Source: Syntrophomonadaceae bacterium (lineage in GTDB: Bacteria; Bacillota; Dethiobacteria; DTU022; UBA8154). Taken from it: DNA of 64,000 nt. Every line of letters begins with the position of its first letter. Position 1 is the stretch's first letter. The position numbers were made by a program, and so were the translations under genes. Below, piece after piece: positions 12,171 through 22,311 of the stretch. Location of the stretch: contig SLJK01000053.1 in the NCBI GenBank assembly GCA_007135125.1, positions 3,974 to 67,973 of the forward strand, given 5' to 3'. Below the pieces are notes generated by a model. It saw only the letters and a program-made list of their open reading frames with translations. It did no database searches and had not been told where the DNA came from.

Positions 12171-12956
12171 TTATTTACCACCTCCTTTGCTTAGCAAAGT
12201 TACGAGCTTCTGGTAAACTTCTTCCATGCCCGGCAGCAGATCTTCGGGAGCAAAGCCATGGGGAGACATCTCCATGGACCTCTCCCAAACATCTTCCTGG
12301 TAGTTCAAAAATCCTACAATATCTTCTTCCTTGAAGTTGCTGCGCAAAAACTCCTTTTCCTGCTCTTTGCGAATCTTATTCCCCAAAATTTTAACATTTT
12401 CGATACCCAGTTCACGGGCCAGTTTCTGCACTACGCCGGCTGTTTTCACACCGGCCCTGGTAGGTTCGGCTACTACCAGGATCATATCTACTCCTTCTGC
12501 TGTTCCCCTGGTTAAATGTTCAATGCCTGCACTCATATCCATAATAACAATTTCTTTCTTATCCAACAGCAGCGAATTCAGGACAGCATTAAGAAAGGAG
12601 TTCTCCTTGCAATAGCAGGCAGAACCCCCCTGTTTAATACCTCCCATCAACATAAACTTAATGTTGCCTTTTTGCAGGCTGTAGTTATCTATTACATCTT
12701 CCACCTCGGGGTTAATGCTGTAAAATGCACCACCGCCACCACTTTTTTCTTCGATAACTTCCTTCATTTCCACCAGGGGAGTAATAGAATCCAATTCGCC
12801 AGGGTCAAGTCCCAGGGTAAGCCCCAGGCTGGCATCAGGATCGGCATCCAAAGCAAAAACATGGTAACCCTCCCTGGCGAAAAGAAAAGCAAGATTGGCA
12901 GAGACGGTTGTTTTACCTACTCCACCCTTACCAGACACCGCTATTTTCACCGGCAA
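12171..12956 (-). CDS. cooC: CODH nickel-insertion accessory ATPase CooC/AcsF
   Basis: 261 aa; deviant Walker A (SGKGGVGKTT) of the MinD/CooC family; first gene of the acs operon. Confidence 0.85.
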   Translation of the reverse strand: MPVKIAVSGKGGVGKTTVSANLAFLFAREGYHVFALDADPDASLGLTLGLDPGELDSITPLVEMKEVIEEKSGGGGAFYSINPEVEDVIDNYSLQKGNIKFMLMGGIKQGGSACYCKENSFLNAVLNSLLLDKKEIVIMDMSAGIEHLTRGTAEGVDMILVVAEPTRAGVKTAGVVQKLARELGIENVKILGNKIRKEQEKEFLRSNFKEEDIVGFLNYQEDVWERSMEMSPHGFAPEDLLPGMEEVYQKLVTLLSKGGGK

Positions 12957-13159
12957 CTCCTCCTAACCTGGTTACCTATCAGCAAAATAAAATATTGCTT
13001 CAGATAATTATTATCTTACTAATATAATTATACTATAATTGTTCTCATCCCGCAATGAATGTTCTTTATCCACTTATTTTCTCTTATATACCATTGCTCA
13101 TTTCGCTATCTTTCAACTTTATTCCTGCACCAGAATTTTCTTAATTTAACCATGTTAGC

Positions 13160-13198
13160 ATAAAAAAAGCCCCGCTAAAAAACGGGGCAGCATTTTTA
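13160..13198. terminator. Rho-independent terminator (GCCCCG-ctaaaaaa-CGGGGC flanked by an A-run and a T-run) immediately after the clpC stop
   Basis: Perfect 6-bp GC stem read in sequence; T-run on the minus strand follows the stem; abuts the TAA at 13196-13198. Confidence 0.75.
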
Positions 13199-15712
13199 TT
13201 CAGAAGAACTTTTTTCTTCTTCTTTAGAACCTTTTTCCTCTTCTCTTTCTTGTTCATCAGGATCTTCTGATTTGCTGGCGCCTTTCGTAAAAACCAATTT
13301 TTCTGCGTCTTTTTCTTTTTCTACCATAATCTTATCACCGGTGGTAAAGTTGCCTTTTAACAATTCTTCGGATATACCGTCTTCTAATTTTTTCTGGATA
13401 ACACGCCTGAGAGGACGGGCCCCGTAAGTAGGATCATAACCTTCCTTGGCAAGCAGATCCTTGGCTTCCTGGGACACCTCCAGGGATAGACCGTAGTCAG
13501 TGACTCGATTCGAAAGCTCTTTTAACATAAGCTCCACGATCTTGGATATATCATCTTCAGTAAGGGATTTGAAAACAATAAGATCGTCAACCCTGTTTAA
13601 AAACTCGGGACGGAAAGTACGCCTGAGCTCATCCAGCAACCTACTCTTCATCTGCTCGTATGTTGCATCTTCATCAGATGTTTTAAAACCCATTACAGGT
13701 TGTTTTTTAATATAAGTTGCGCCTACATTTGATGTCATGATAACCACGGTGTTGCGAAAATTGATGGTTCTGCCTTTACCGTCGGTAAGCCGCCCATCTT
13801 CTAATATCTGCAGTAAAATATTGAATACATCCGGGTGGGCTTTTTCTATTTCATCCAAAAGGATAACGCTGTAAGGCTTGCGCCTTACCTTTTCGGTAAG
13901 CTGACCGCCCTCTTCATAGCCTATATAGCCGGGAGGCGCACCGACAAGACGCGCTGTGGTATGTTTTTCCATGTATTCCGACATATCCAAGCGGATCATG
14001 GCATCTTCATCCCCAAAAAGAGATTCGGCCAGGGTGCGAGCCAGTTCTGTTTTTCCAACCCCCGTGGGACCCAGGAAGATAAAGGAACCGATAGGCCTTT
14101 TGGGATCTTTTAATCCGGCCCTACCCCTTCTTATAGCCCTGGAAATAGCCTGCACAGCTTCATGCTGGCCGATGACCCTCTGGTGCAGTATTTCCTCCAT
14201 ACGCAACAATTTGGCCGACTCTTCTTCGGCAAGTCTTACAACCGGTATGCCCGTCCAGCTAGCAACAATATGGGCAATGTCTTCTTCGCCAACCAATACC
14301 TGGTCTGATACAACCTTTTTCTTCTCCCAGTCTTTTTTCAACTCATTAAGCTTGGCCCGGAATTGCTGTTCTTTATCTCTCAATTGGGCTGCCTGTTCAA
14401 ATTCCTGCCCTCTTACAGCAGCTTCCTTCTCCTGTCTAATGCCTTCCAGCTTATCCTCCATCTCCTTTAAATCCGGCGGAGCGGTATAATTTCGCAATCT
14501 GACACGAGAAGCTGCTTCATCAATTAAATCAATCGCTTTATCAGGAAGATATCGGTCTTGAATATAGCGATCCCCCAGCTTAACAGCAGCATCCAGAGCT
14601 TCATCTGTAATCTTAACCCTGTGATGCGCCTCATAGCGGTCCCTGAGGCCCCTTAAGATTTCCCGACTTTCATCCAGGGAAGGCTCACCCACTACGATAG
14701 GCTGGAATCTTCTCTCCAAGGCCGGGTCTCTTTCGATATATTTCCTGTATTCATCAAGAGTTGTGGCACCGATAGCTTGAAGCTCACCCTTGGCCAGGGC
14801 CGGCTTTAGAATATTGGAAGCGTCTATCGCGCCTTCGGCGGCACCTGCACCTATGATGGTGTGCATTTCGTCGATAAAAATAATTACATTACCGGCCTGC
14901 TGCAATTCCATCATCAGTTTGCGGAGGCGCTCTTCAAATTCCCCGCGATACTTGGTCCCAGCCACTACCGCAGCTAACTCCAAGGTTACCACCCTTTTGT
15001 CACTCAAAATGTCAGGTACATTTCCTTCAGTTATACGCTGCGCCAAGCCTTCCACAATGGCAGTCTTACCTACACCGGGTTCACCGATAAGGCAGGGGTT
15101 ATTTTTAGTCCTCCGGCTTAAAATCTGCACAACCCTTTCTATCTCCTGGTCACGTCCAATAACAGGATCCAGTTTTCCTTCTCCGGCCAACTTGGTAAGA
15201 TCCCGGCCAAAAGCATCCACGGTGGGTGTTTGGGGTGCACTCTTGCCGGTCTGGGCACTTCCCAGTTGTGCCTCCCCGCCCAGCAGTTGAATAACCTCTT
15301 TACGAGCTTTCTTCAGATCAACTCCGAGATTGGTTAAAACCTGTGCTGCAATTCCTTCCCCTTCTCTCAGCAAACCCAACAAAAGATGCTCGGTTCCCAC
15401 ATAATTATGACCAAGGTTTTGTCCTTCTTCTATGGCAAGCTCTATTACTTTTTTGGCCCGGGGTGTATAGCTTATGCCTTGTACTTGAGCTTTGTCACCT
15501 TTGCCGATAATTTTTTCAACTTCGGAACGGACCAGTACCAGCTCAATATCCAGGTTTTGAAGGGCCCGGGCTGCAATGCCCGATCCTTCCCTAACAAGCC
15601 CCAAAAGAATATGCTCAGTTCCAATAAAATTATGGTTAAGCCTTTTGGCCTCCTCCTGGGCTAAAACCAGTACCTGCTGGGCCCTTTCGGTAAATCTACC
15701 AAACATAAACAC
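13196..15712 (-). CDS. clpC: ATP-dependent Clp protease ATP-binding subunit ClpC
   Basis: 838 aa; two Clp-N repeats, two AAA+ modules with Walker A ([16 protein letters not shown]) and a UVR-like linker; last gene of the ctsR operon. Confidence 0.95.
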   Translation of the reverse strand: MFMFGRFTERAQQVLVLAQEEAKRLNHNFIGTEHILLGLVREGSGIAARALQNLDIELVLVRSEVEKIIGKGDKAQVQGISYTPRAKKVIELAIEEGQNLGHNYVGTEHLLLGLLREGEGIAAQVLTNLGVDLKKARKEVIQLLGGEAQLGSAQTGKSAPQTPTVDAFGRDLTKLAGEGKLDPVIGRDQEIERVVQILSRRTKNNPCLIGEPGVGKTAIVEGLAQRITEGNVPDILSDKRVVTLELAAVVAGTKYRGEFEERLRKLMMELQQAGNVIIFIDEMHTIIGAGAAEGAIDASNILKPALAKGELQAIGATTLDEYRKYIERDPALERRFQPIVVGEPSLDESREILRGLRDRYEAHHRVKITDEALDAAVKLGDRYIQDRYLPDKAIDLIDEAASRVRLRNYTAPPDLKEMEDKLEGIRQEKEAAVRGQEFEQAAQLRDKEQQFRAKLNELKKDWEKKKVVSDQVLVGEEDIAHIVASWTGIPVVRLAEEESAKLLRMEEILHQRVIGQHEAVQAISRAIRRGRAGLKDPKRPIGSFIFLGPTGVGKTELARTLAESLFGDEDAMIRLDMSEYMEKHTTARLVGAPPGYIGYEEGGQLTEKVRRKPYSVILLDEIEKAHPDVFNILLQILEDGRLTDGKGRTINFRNTVVIMTSNVGATYIKKQPVMGFKTSDEDATYEQMKSRLLDELRRTFRPEFLNRVDDLIVFKSLTEDDISKIVELMLKELSNRVTDYGLSLEVSQEAKDLLAKEGYDPTYGARPLRRVIQKKLEDGISEELLKGNFTTGDKIMVEKEKDAEKLVFTKGASKSEDPDEQEREEEKGSKEEEKSSSE

Positions 15713-15823
15713 CAGAAACGCACTCCTTTCAAATTAGGATAAAGATTTCAATTTAATTAATAGCTACCTTGTATGCATATAATTCTATCTGGTTCAGCAA
15801 GCCTATCTAGTACAGCAAACCTG

Positions 15824-16849
15824 CTACGGCAAACATTTTTGTATTTGTACTGACCTTTCCAGGTCCCTTTCATAGTGACTTAAAGTCTTTTCTTTGAGAT
15901 TTTGAAGGCACCCCGAACGAATTAACACCAACAACTCGTTTAGGGTTTTCAGGGGTATATTATCAACCATCCCCATCTCCACTCCCAGACGGACATCTGA
16001 GATTAGCTGCATAGCTTCCTGGAAGCCAAGAAGCCGTGCATGTTTGAGTATGCCATAAGCCCGCCCGGCCCTATCGGCCAATTTTTCTCTCCCGGCATTG
16101 AGAAGTTGTTCCCGGGCCGCTCTTTCTTGATTAATAAGCTTGTTGATAACCCCATAGAGATTTCTCCATATTTCTTCTTCAGTCTGACCGAGGGTAACCT
16201 GATTGGAGATCTGGAAAAGCCTCCCTGTCATTTGACTTCCTTCCCCATATATACCTTCAACTGCCAGGCCTACCTGCCCTACAGCAGAGAGAATCCTGTT
16301 TATTTGACCGGTAATTACCAGGGCAGGCAGGTGAAGCAGGGCAGAAGCACGAAGCCCTGTTCCAACCTTGGTCGGGCAGGCCGTAAGATAACCAAGTTCT
16401 TCGCAGAAAGCATAATCTATCACTTCCTCCAGGTAATCATCATGGCAGGAAACTGCTTCCCAGGCTTTTTCCAGCTGCAGACCGGGCAAAAGGGCCTGCA
16501 GGAGGAGGTGATCCTCCTCATTAACCAAAATACCCATTACCTCATCAGGACTTAACAGGAGAGCACTGTATTCAGGTTCTCTTACCATCAAAAGACTAAT
16601 CAATTGCTTTTCTGTCAACACCTGACGCTTTATTGGAGACAGCCCGCTTAAATTTATTAATGAATAAGCTGAGAATCTTTCCTGTTGCTCCTTAAAAATC
16701 TTTTCCAGCAAACTAAATACTTTTTCGCGTTGTTCTTCGGTAGCCAGGCAAGGAAAAGGAATGCCCTTTATATTTCGCGCCAGCTGCATACGGCTGTTGA
16801 TCACAATATCAGCTTCAGGACCCGTCCCGTCCATCCATGTGCAGATCAT
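15824..16849 (-). CDS. mcsB: Protein arginine kinase McsB
   Basis: Strong similarity to B. subtilis McsB over its whole length (phosphagen-kinase fold, RIQCLFPG-like region); the longest ORF runs to 17074 and overlaps mcsA by 95 bp, so the start is set at the ATG (MICTWMDGTGPEADIV...) that aligns with the B. subtilis N-terminus; start uncertain. Confidence 0.8.
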   Translation of the reverse strand: MICTWMDGTGPEADIVINSRMQLARNIKGIPFPCLATEEQREKVFSLLEKIFKEQQERFSAYSLINLSGLSPIKRQVLTEKQLISLLMVREPEYSALLLSPDEVMGILVNEEDHLLLQALLPGLQLEKAWEAVSCHDDYLEEVIDYAFCEELGYLTACPTKVGTGLRASALLHLPALVITGQINRILSAVGQVGLAVEGIYGEGSQMTGRLFQISNQVTLGQTEEEIWRNLYGVINKLINQERAAREQLLNAGREKLADRAGRAYGILKHARLLGFQEAMQLISDVRLGVEMGMVDNIPLKTLNELLVLIRSGCLQNLKEKTLSHYERDLERSVQIQKCLP

Positions 16850-16979
16850 CTCTGCCCGCTTCTGGTCCTCTATAATTCCAGCGCCTTTATGATCCAGTTC
16901 CTTTTCCGTTTCTCCCTGGAGTCCCGGGTTCCCTTCTTTTTCCTTAAATACTTTTTTGCCCCGGCCCTGCTTTCTTTCA

Positions 16980-17564
16980 TTATTCTTCAAGGCCTTCACC
17001 TCCGGTAAAAACCTGGTCTTCCAGCTGGCGTATCTCGTCCCGCAATTTTGCAGCCCCTTCAAAATCTTCTTCATAAATTTTCTTTTGCATTTCGCTGCGC
17101 ATACGCTCTACTTCTTTTTTCAATTTCAGAGAAGAACCGGCCCGGGCAGGAACTTTACCGATATGTTTTTGGTTTCCGTGAAGCCTACGGATTAGAGAAT
17201 GAAGCCCCGGGGAAAATATTCTGTAACAACTATCACAACCCAGACGTCCTATTTGCATAAACTGGGCATAGGTCAATCCGCAGCTGGTACACTGCAATCC
17301 TTCTGAAGCCTCTCGCGGCAGTTTTTCAGTGCCTCCGGGCGGTATTATTTCCAGGATGTCGCTGAAAAATTGATGGAGAGGAAACTCTTCATCAAAGGAC
17401 AATTCAAAATCCCCTTGAGCCCTGGCACAAACCTCACAAAGGAAATATTCAGTTTTTTCCCCATTAACAATCTTTGTTAGATGCACATTTGCGTTGCCTT
17501 TTGCACACTTTTGACATATCATAAAAACAACCTCGCTAAATCTTAATGTAAAAATTGTCCCCAC
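16980..17564 (-). CDS. mcsA: McsA, activator of McsB (zinc-finger, UVR-domain protein)
   Basis: 194 aa; four CxxC pairs at the N-terminus and a C-terminal UVR-like motif (KLRDEIRQLEDQ). Confidence 0.85.
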   Translation of the reverse strand: MGTIFTLRFSEVVFMICQKCAKGNANVHLTKIVNGEKTEYFLCEVCARAQGDFELSFDEEFPLHQFFSDILEIIPPGGTEKLPREASEGLQCTSCGLTYAQFMQIGRLGCDSCYRIFSPGLHSLIRRLHGNQKHIGKVPARAGSSLKLKKEVERMRSEMQKKIYEEDFEGAAKLRDEIRQLEDQVFTGGEGLEE

Positions 17565-17618
17565 AGGTCCATTCTATGTAATCCTCGATGCTGCTGAAAA
17601 AACTACTATCCAAATCCG

Positions 17619-18080
17619 TTAAAAGGAAATCAAGGTAAATAGGACTTTCTTAAGCATCCAGCCTCTGAATTCTGCTCGCAAAGTGTCATCTTCAATATAA
17701 TTCAAGCTGTCCAGAACAGCCTCCATCATACGCCATTCACGAAATGATATCAACCGCCCATCAAAAAGCCTTTGCATAAAATCCCTGGCTTTATTATCCG
17801 TTATCTGACCCTCAATAATCTCTTCCAATATCATGCTAAGCAGCTCTTCTGAAGAAACATCTAATTGTCTAATTCTTAAATAACCTTTCCCGCCGCGCTT
17901 ACTTTCCACCAGATAACCTTTTTCCAGGGTGAACCGGGTTTCCAAAACATAGTTCACCTGCGAAGGGACACATTTAAATTTGGCAGCCAATTCTTTTCTT
18001 TTAATATCAATATAGCCAACCGCACTTAAACGTAACAGTTTTTTCAGGTAAGTTTCCATATTACTGGCCAAACTACTCAT
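17619..18080 (-). CDS. ctsR: Class III stress gene repressor CtsR
   Basis: 153 aa; winged-HTH N-terminus; canonical ctsR-mcsA-mcsB-clpC order. Confidence 0.9.
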   Translation of the reverse strand: MSSLASNMETYLKKLLRLSAVGYIDIKRKELAAKFKCVPSQVNYVLETRFTLEKGYLVESKRGGKGYLRIRQLDVSSEELLSMILEEIIEGQITDNKARDFMQRLFDGRLISFREWRMMEAVLDSLNYIEDDTLRAEFRGWMLKKVLFTLISF

Positions 18081-18114
18081 GCTCCACCTCGGGCATTAAA
18101 ATTGCCTACAGTGC

Positions 18115-18131
18115 TCTGACCTTCTTTGACC
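18115..18131 (-). promoter_or_regulatory. CtsR operator (GGTCAAA-GAA-GGTCAGA direct heptad repeat) 35 bp upstream of ctsR
   Basis: Plus strand reads TCTGACCTTCTTTGACC; the reverse complement matches the CtsR-box consensus (A/G)GTCAAAnAn(A/G)GTCAAA at 16 of 17 positions. Confidence 0.8.
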
Positions 18132-18282
18132 TTTTGTCTATTATACCTTCCCCACCCCCTAGCAGGGCAAACGGTAATTGAACTAACCTGTGACCATAGA
18201 AAGTGATTTTTGTCAATTAGCTCGGATTTACTAGTATATAACCTGTATATCAGGTTATTGCTGCCCATTCTGTACTATAAAC

Positions 18283-18307
18283 ACAAAAAAATGCCCCGCA
18301 GGGGGCA
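18283..18307 (-). terminator. Rho-independent terminator downstream of mgtC (TGCCCC-gcag-GGGGCA followed by T8 on the minus strand)
   Basis: Perfect 6-bp GC stem; plus-strand A-run 18284-18291 is the minus-strand U-tract. Confidence 0.7.
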
Positions 18308-18378
18308 CTCTGCCTGGTGAGAGCCTGTCGTAAACATTGCTTCTTTTAGCTTGCTGTTCAACCCGGGCTCACTATAAT

Positions 18379-19128
18379 TTAATGGTTACTAAAATAATTG
18401 TTCTTGTCCTTTTTAACATGTTCATCACCTTCAAGTTTTACTTCCAGAACATCTGAGAGAGCAGCAATCTTTTGTACAAGCTCATCGGTACCCAGACCTG
18501 GAGGAAGACGAAGAAATAGCTCCATGTAAAGAACATCTTGTTTTAATTCTTCTACGTATTCTGTATGACTTAAGTCTATCTTAGTGATATGAACATCCAG
18601 ATCTCCAAGCAGTGCACCTATACTTCCTACCAGCTTGGGGCGATCTATGCCACGTATCAGGAGACGTTTTAGCTGCTTTGCCCTGGTCAGGGGGCCTTCA
18701 ATACTACGCAGCATAACCAGGCTCACCAGCGCCATCAAAGTGGCCACTACTGCACCCAGGTAAAAACCAATACCTATGGCCAATCCTATACCGGAAACGA
18801 TCCAGATGCTGGCCGCTGTAGTGAGACCTGTTATGGTGCTGCCGTGACGTAAAATAGTCCCTGCCCCCAGGAAGCCTACACCAGTTACAACCTGTGCAGC
18901 AATACGAGAGGGATCTACCAAATAACCTTGAAAATCAGTAAATCCGTACGCTGAAACCATCATTACCAGGGCCGAACCCACACATACCAGTATATGGGTC
19001 CTGAAACCGGCCGGCCTCCTGTGGCTTTCACGTTCAAAGCCCACAACACCGCCCAGTAAAACAGCCAAAACAAGTCTTATAATAATTTCGTAATAGGTTA
19101 TCTCTGCCATGCAAACAACCCCAAACAC
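18379..19128 (-). CDS. mgtC: MgtC/SapB family membrane protein
   Basis: 249 aa; N-terminal MgtC TM domain (LVLAVLLGGVVGFERE) and a C-terminal ACT-like domain. Confidence 0.8.
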   Translation of the reverse strand: MFGVVCMAEITYYEIIIRLVLAVLLGGVVGFERESHRRPAGFRTHILVCVGSALVMMVSAYGFTDFQGYLVDPSRIAAQVVTGVGFLGAGTILRHGSTITGLTTAASIWIVSGIGLAIGIGFYLGAVVATLMALVSLVMLRSIEGPLTRAKQLKRLLIRGIDRPKLVGSIGALLGDLDVHITKIDLSHTEYVEELKQDVLYMELFLRLPPGLGTDELVQKIAALSDVLEVKLEGDEHVKKDKNNYFSNH

Positions 19129-19140
19129 TCTAATAAAAAT

Positions 19141-20334
19141 TTATTTGACAGGAACTGTTACCAAATCATCAGCAATGGGGCTTAGTTTTTCAGCTCCCGT
19201 TTCTGTTATAACCCATACATTTTCCAACCCTACTACACCTTTGTCAGGAAAAACGAACTTGGGCTCCAGTGCAAATACCATTCCTGGTTGTAATAGATGA
19301 GAACCCGCAGCTAGTATTGGAAATTCATCAATATCCAAACCAAGACCATGCCCGATGAATTTAACTTTTCCATCTCCATAACCCATAAAATATTCCTCCA
19401 GGCCCTCAGAACGCGCCAATTCCAGGCTTAGCGCATAAAGATCTTCAACCGCAACACCCGGCTGACACCTGGAAATAATTTCATCCTGTATTTTCCTGGC
19501 CAACCCATAGGCTTTCAACAGCTCCGAGGAGAGTTTGCCGATAGAAAATACACGGGTGTGATCCAGGGTATATCCTTCATAGATACTGGCATAATCAAGA
19601 CCGATAGGTTCATGTGGAGCCAGTTTTTTCCATCCGGCACCCTGGGGGCTGGCAGTGGTAAGACCCTCTCCACCTGTACAGCTGTCCAAAAAAGTGCTTT
19701 TCATTCCCGTAATGCCAGAATAAACATGCCCGAAAGCCATTTCCGTATTAAAGCTTCGCATCCTTAGCAAACCCTGGTGGCCAGCCCGGCGATACAGGTT
19801 CTCTATCTCCGCAGCCAGCATTAGTTCTGTTTTTCCCACCCGCAGCAGGTCGGGCACTTTCTCCATTATCTCTGCAGCTATACGGCCGGCTTCTCTAAAA
19901 CAGTCCACTTCATAGGATGATTTAAGCATGCGTATTTCTTTAATAGCCGGGGAAACATCCTTAAATTCAACACCGGGCATAACCGCTTGAAGGTTTTGGT
20001 ACTCATTTACAGGAAGAACATCCAACTCCAAACCAATTTTATGAACTTCCTTGAACCCTGTTTCAGCCAGATATGAGGGCAATTGCTTTACAGTTTTTAA
20101 ACGCAATATCTGATCCCACTGGGATTCTTCACAGGCACGGGAAAAATTGCGCTTGACCATATAAAGAGGATCTCCTTCTGCGGGAATAAATAGATAACCC
20201 TGCTGCATGGAACCGGCAAAGTAAAACAGGTCTATCCTCTCCCTCAAAAGTGCCCCCTCCAGGTCTTCCTGCTGCAATCTTTCCTGGAATCTATTCACTC
20301 TATTTTCCAATTCAAAACGAGGGGTGGGCTGCAA
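19141..20334 (-). CDS. M24 family Xaa-Pro aminopeptidase/dipeptidase
   Basis: 397 aa; creatinase N-terminal domain plus pita-bread fold with metal ligands (HGLGLDIDE, ENV). Confidence 0.8.
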   Translation of the reverse strand: MQPTPRFELENRVNRFQERLQQEDLEGALLRERIDLFYFAGSMQQGYLFIPAEGDPLYMVKRNFSRACEESQWDQILRLKTVKQLPSYLAETGFKEVHKIGLELDVLPVNEYQNLQAVMPGVEFKDVSPAIKEIRMLKSSYEVDCFREAGRIAAEIMEKVPDLLRVGKTELMLAAEIENLYRRAGHQGLLRMRSFNTEMAFGHVYSGITGMKSTFLDSCTGGEGLTTASPQGAGWKKLAPHEPIGLDYASIYEGYTLDHTRVFSIGKLSSELLKAYGLARKIQDEIISRCQPGVAVEDLYALSLELARSEGLEEYFMGYGDGKVKFIGHGLGLDIDEFPILAAGSHLLQPGMVFALEPKFVFPDKGVVGLENVWVITETGAEKLSPIADDLVTVPVK

Positions 20335-20437
20335 ATATAAAACCTCCAGTTATGCGCTATAACGCAATAGTATGATGCTCTAATCTTAATAGAGAAGCAC
20401 ACCTTTGTCAACTGAAGAAAGCCGGCGGGTACATCCT

Positions 20438-20484
20438 ATACAGTGAAACAGCCCGGGAGATAAGCCCGGGCTGTTTCACTGTAT
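20438..20484. repeat. Perfect 20-bp inverted repeat (ATACAGTGAAACAGCCCGGG-agataag-CCCGGGCTGTTTCACTGTAT) with no adjacent U-tract
   Basis: Both arms are exact reverse complements; lies 13 bp after the small ORF stop, downstream of the SNF transporter. Confidence 0.7.
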
Positions 20485-20496
20485 CTTACAAAAACC

Positions 20497-20601
20497 TTAT
20501 TTCCATCCCTTTCCCCTGCTGGCTATCGAGGCGCTCCAGAGGAACCCTCCTCCAAATATAACCAGTCCTACAATCAAAGAAATAACAGCTGAAGCTTCCA
20601 T
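20497..20601 (-). CDS. 34-aa single-TM small protein (MEASAVISLIVGLVIFGGGFLWSASIASRGKGWK), translationally coupled to the SNF transporter; candidate small subunit
   Basis: Its ATG lies 1 nt after the transporter TAA; strong SD (AGGTGGAG) is embedded in the transporter 3' end; one hydrophobic helix then a basic tail; shorter than the ORF-track cutoff. Confidence 0.55.
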   Translation of the reverse strand: MEASAVISLIVGLVIFGGGFLWSASIASRGKGWK

Positions 20602-20602
20602 T

Positions 20603-22111
20603 TTACTCCACCTCGCCTTCTTCATCTTCATAAGGCGTTTCTTTAGTCTTAATATACATAAAAACAATCCCCAGAATTATAAGCACCGCCATCATACCCC
20701 ATCCTCCTACAATTTGCATAAAAGTGGGGTATCCTTCGTACGGTTCCCTGATACGCTCGATTAAATTAAGCGCCAGGAGCACAATTAGAACAATGGGGGT
20801 AATGAACTTGATGCAGACATCGAACCAGGCCCCGATACGAATTTCGGAAACCTCGTTGATCTGCTCCCGGATTTTATGAGCACCGTAGCCCCAACCGATA
20901 ACAAGACAGGTAAAAAGACCCACCAGAACCAGGCCAAATTGGTTAATAAAGAAATCAACCTGGTCCAACCAAAGCAGTCCGCCCCGTGAAATAAAAATCA
21001 GGCCTACCAAGAAGGCCAAACCGCTGACCAGAACTGCTGCCACCTTGCGGGTAAGATTAAACTTATCCATTACCGCGCTTAACACACTCTCCGTTAAAGA
21101 GAAGGCGGAGTCCAACCCCAGGGTGAAGATGGTTATAAAGAAAATTATTCCGATTAGCGCAGGAGCCACAGGCATAAGGCTGATAGCCTCGGGATAAGCC
21201 ACAAAAGCCAGGCCTACGCCTGAAGCAAGCACCTCATCTACCGGTACTCCCAACTGGCCGGCCATATAGCCGGTAACACTGAAAACAGCAATACCGGAGA
21301 TAAAGGCCGTAAAGGCATCGGCAAAGCTGGTCATTAAGGAATTGTTGGCTATATCCGAGTCTTTAGGTAAGTAACTGGCATAGGCGATGAGAATACCCAT
21401 GGCAAGGCTGAGCGTAAAAAAGACCTGCCCGTAAGCAGCCAGCCAAACCTGGGGGTTAGCCAGGGCAGCGAAATCAGGCTTAAGGTAGAAATTAAGACCT
21501 TCCGCGGCACCGGGTAAAGTCAGACCACGTACCATAAGTACTAATATAAGAATAAAAGGAAGAGGCATGGTAACCATGACCACCCTTCCCAATCCCTTTA
21601 CTCCGCTGAAAACAATAAAGAAGATGGCCAGCCAGCCCAGGATAAACCCCAGGATTAAAGCAGGAGAAAGACCAAAAAGTGAACCGAAGGCCCCTGCCTC
21701 CAGAACCGGCGATATACCCAAGACAGTATCATAAAAGAAAGTCTCGGCATCCATACCCCACTCCAGGGTAAAAGCCCCCCACAGGTAGCGTAGGGACCAA
21801 CCCAATATAGCCGCATAATAAGTTATTATACCAAAACCAGCCAGCACAGCCCACCAGCCTACAAATTCATAGGATGGGTTGGCTCTCTTCATAGCCAAAG
21901 GAGCAGCCCCGGCAAAACGTCTACCCAGGTTGAATTCCAGCATCATTAAAGGAATACCCGCCGTAACCAAAGCAACAAGGAACGGAATTAAGAAGGCCCC
22001 ACCACCGGAATCATAAACCACATAAGGGAACCTCCAAAGGTTACCCAACCCGACAGCTGAGCCGACGGCAGCGACCACAAAAGCGCCGCGCCAAGTCCAC
22101 CTTTCTCTCAT
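20603..22111 (-). CDS. Sodium-dependent transporter, NSS/SNF (neurotransmitter:sodium symporter) family
   Basis: 502 aa; SNF signature (GNLWRFPY), about 12 TM segments. Confidence 0.85.
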   Translation of the reverse strand: MRERWTWRGAFVVAAVGSAVGLGNLWRFPYVVYDSGGGAFLIPFLVALVTAGIPLMMLEFNLGRRFAGAAPLAMKRANPSYEFVGWWAVLAGFGIITYYAAILGWSLRYLWGAFTLEWGMDAETFFYDTVLGISPVLEAGAFGSLFGLSPALILGFILGWLAIFFIVFSGVKGLGRVVMVTMPLPFILILVLMVRGLTLPGAAEGLNFYLKPDFAALANPQVWLAAYGQVFFTLSLAMGILIAYASYLPKDSDIANNSLMTSFADAFTAFISGIAVFSVTGYMAGQLGVPVDEVLASGVGLAFVAYPEAISLMPVAPALIGIIFFITIFTLGLDSAFSLTESVLSAVMDKFNLTRKVAAVLVSGLAFLVGLIFISRGGLLWLDQVDFFINQFGLVLVGLFTCLVIGWGYGAHKIREQINEVSEIRIGAWFDVCIKFITPIVLIVLLALNLIERIREPYEGYPTFMQIVGGWGMMAVLIILGIVFMYIKTKETPYEDEEGEVE

Positions 22112-22228
22112 TATTTTCCCTCCTTAACTAAGTAATAAGGCACGCAAAAGTATTTAATTGTTCTTCCCCGGCACCTCCTTTCGACACCTTATACCTCGAA
22201 TAAACCTGTCTACAACACATGGCGCCTA

Positions 22229-22252
22229 TATTCTACCAAATATTCTACCAAA
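22229..22252 (-). promoter_or_regulatory. Tandem 12-bp direct repeat; on the minus strand it reads as two extended -10-like elements (TGGTAGAATAT x2) upstream of the SNF transporter
   Basis: Plus strand TATTCTACCAAA repeated head-to-tail at 22229-22240 and 22241-22252, about 120-140 nt upstream of the transporter start. Confidence 0.4.
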
Positions 22253-22311
22253 AAAGTAAAATCCCTGCTCCAACATGGGAAAAAATTTAATTTTTTCATT
22301 TTTTCAGAAAT

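Noticed and set aside
13956-15290. Plus-strand ORFs of 166-177 aa inside clpC
   Set aside because: Antisense to an unambiguous ClpC gene; Ser/Ala/Pro-rich spurious translation.
18077-18268. 63-aa minus-strand ORF overlapping the ctsR start and promoter
   Set aside because: Overlaps the CtsR operator/promoter region, and its stop overlaps the ctsR ATG; no homology signal.
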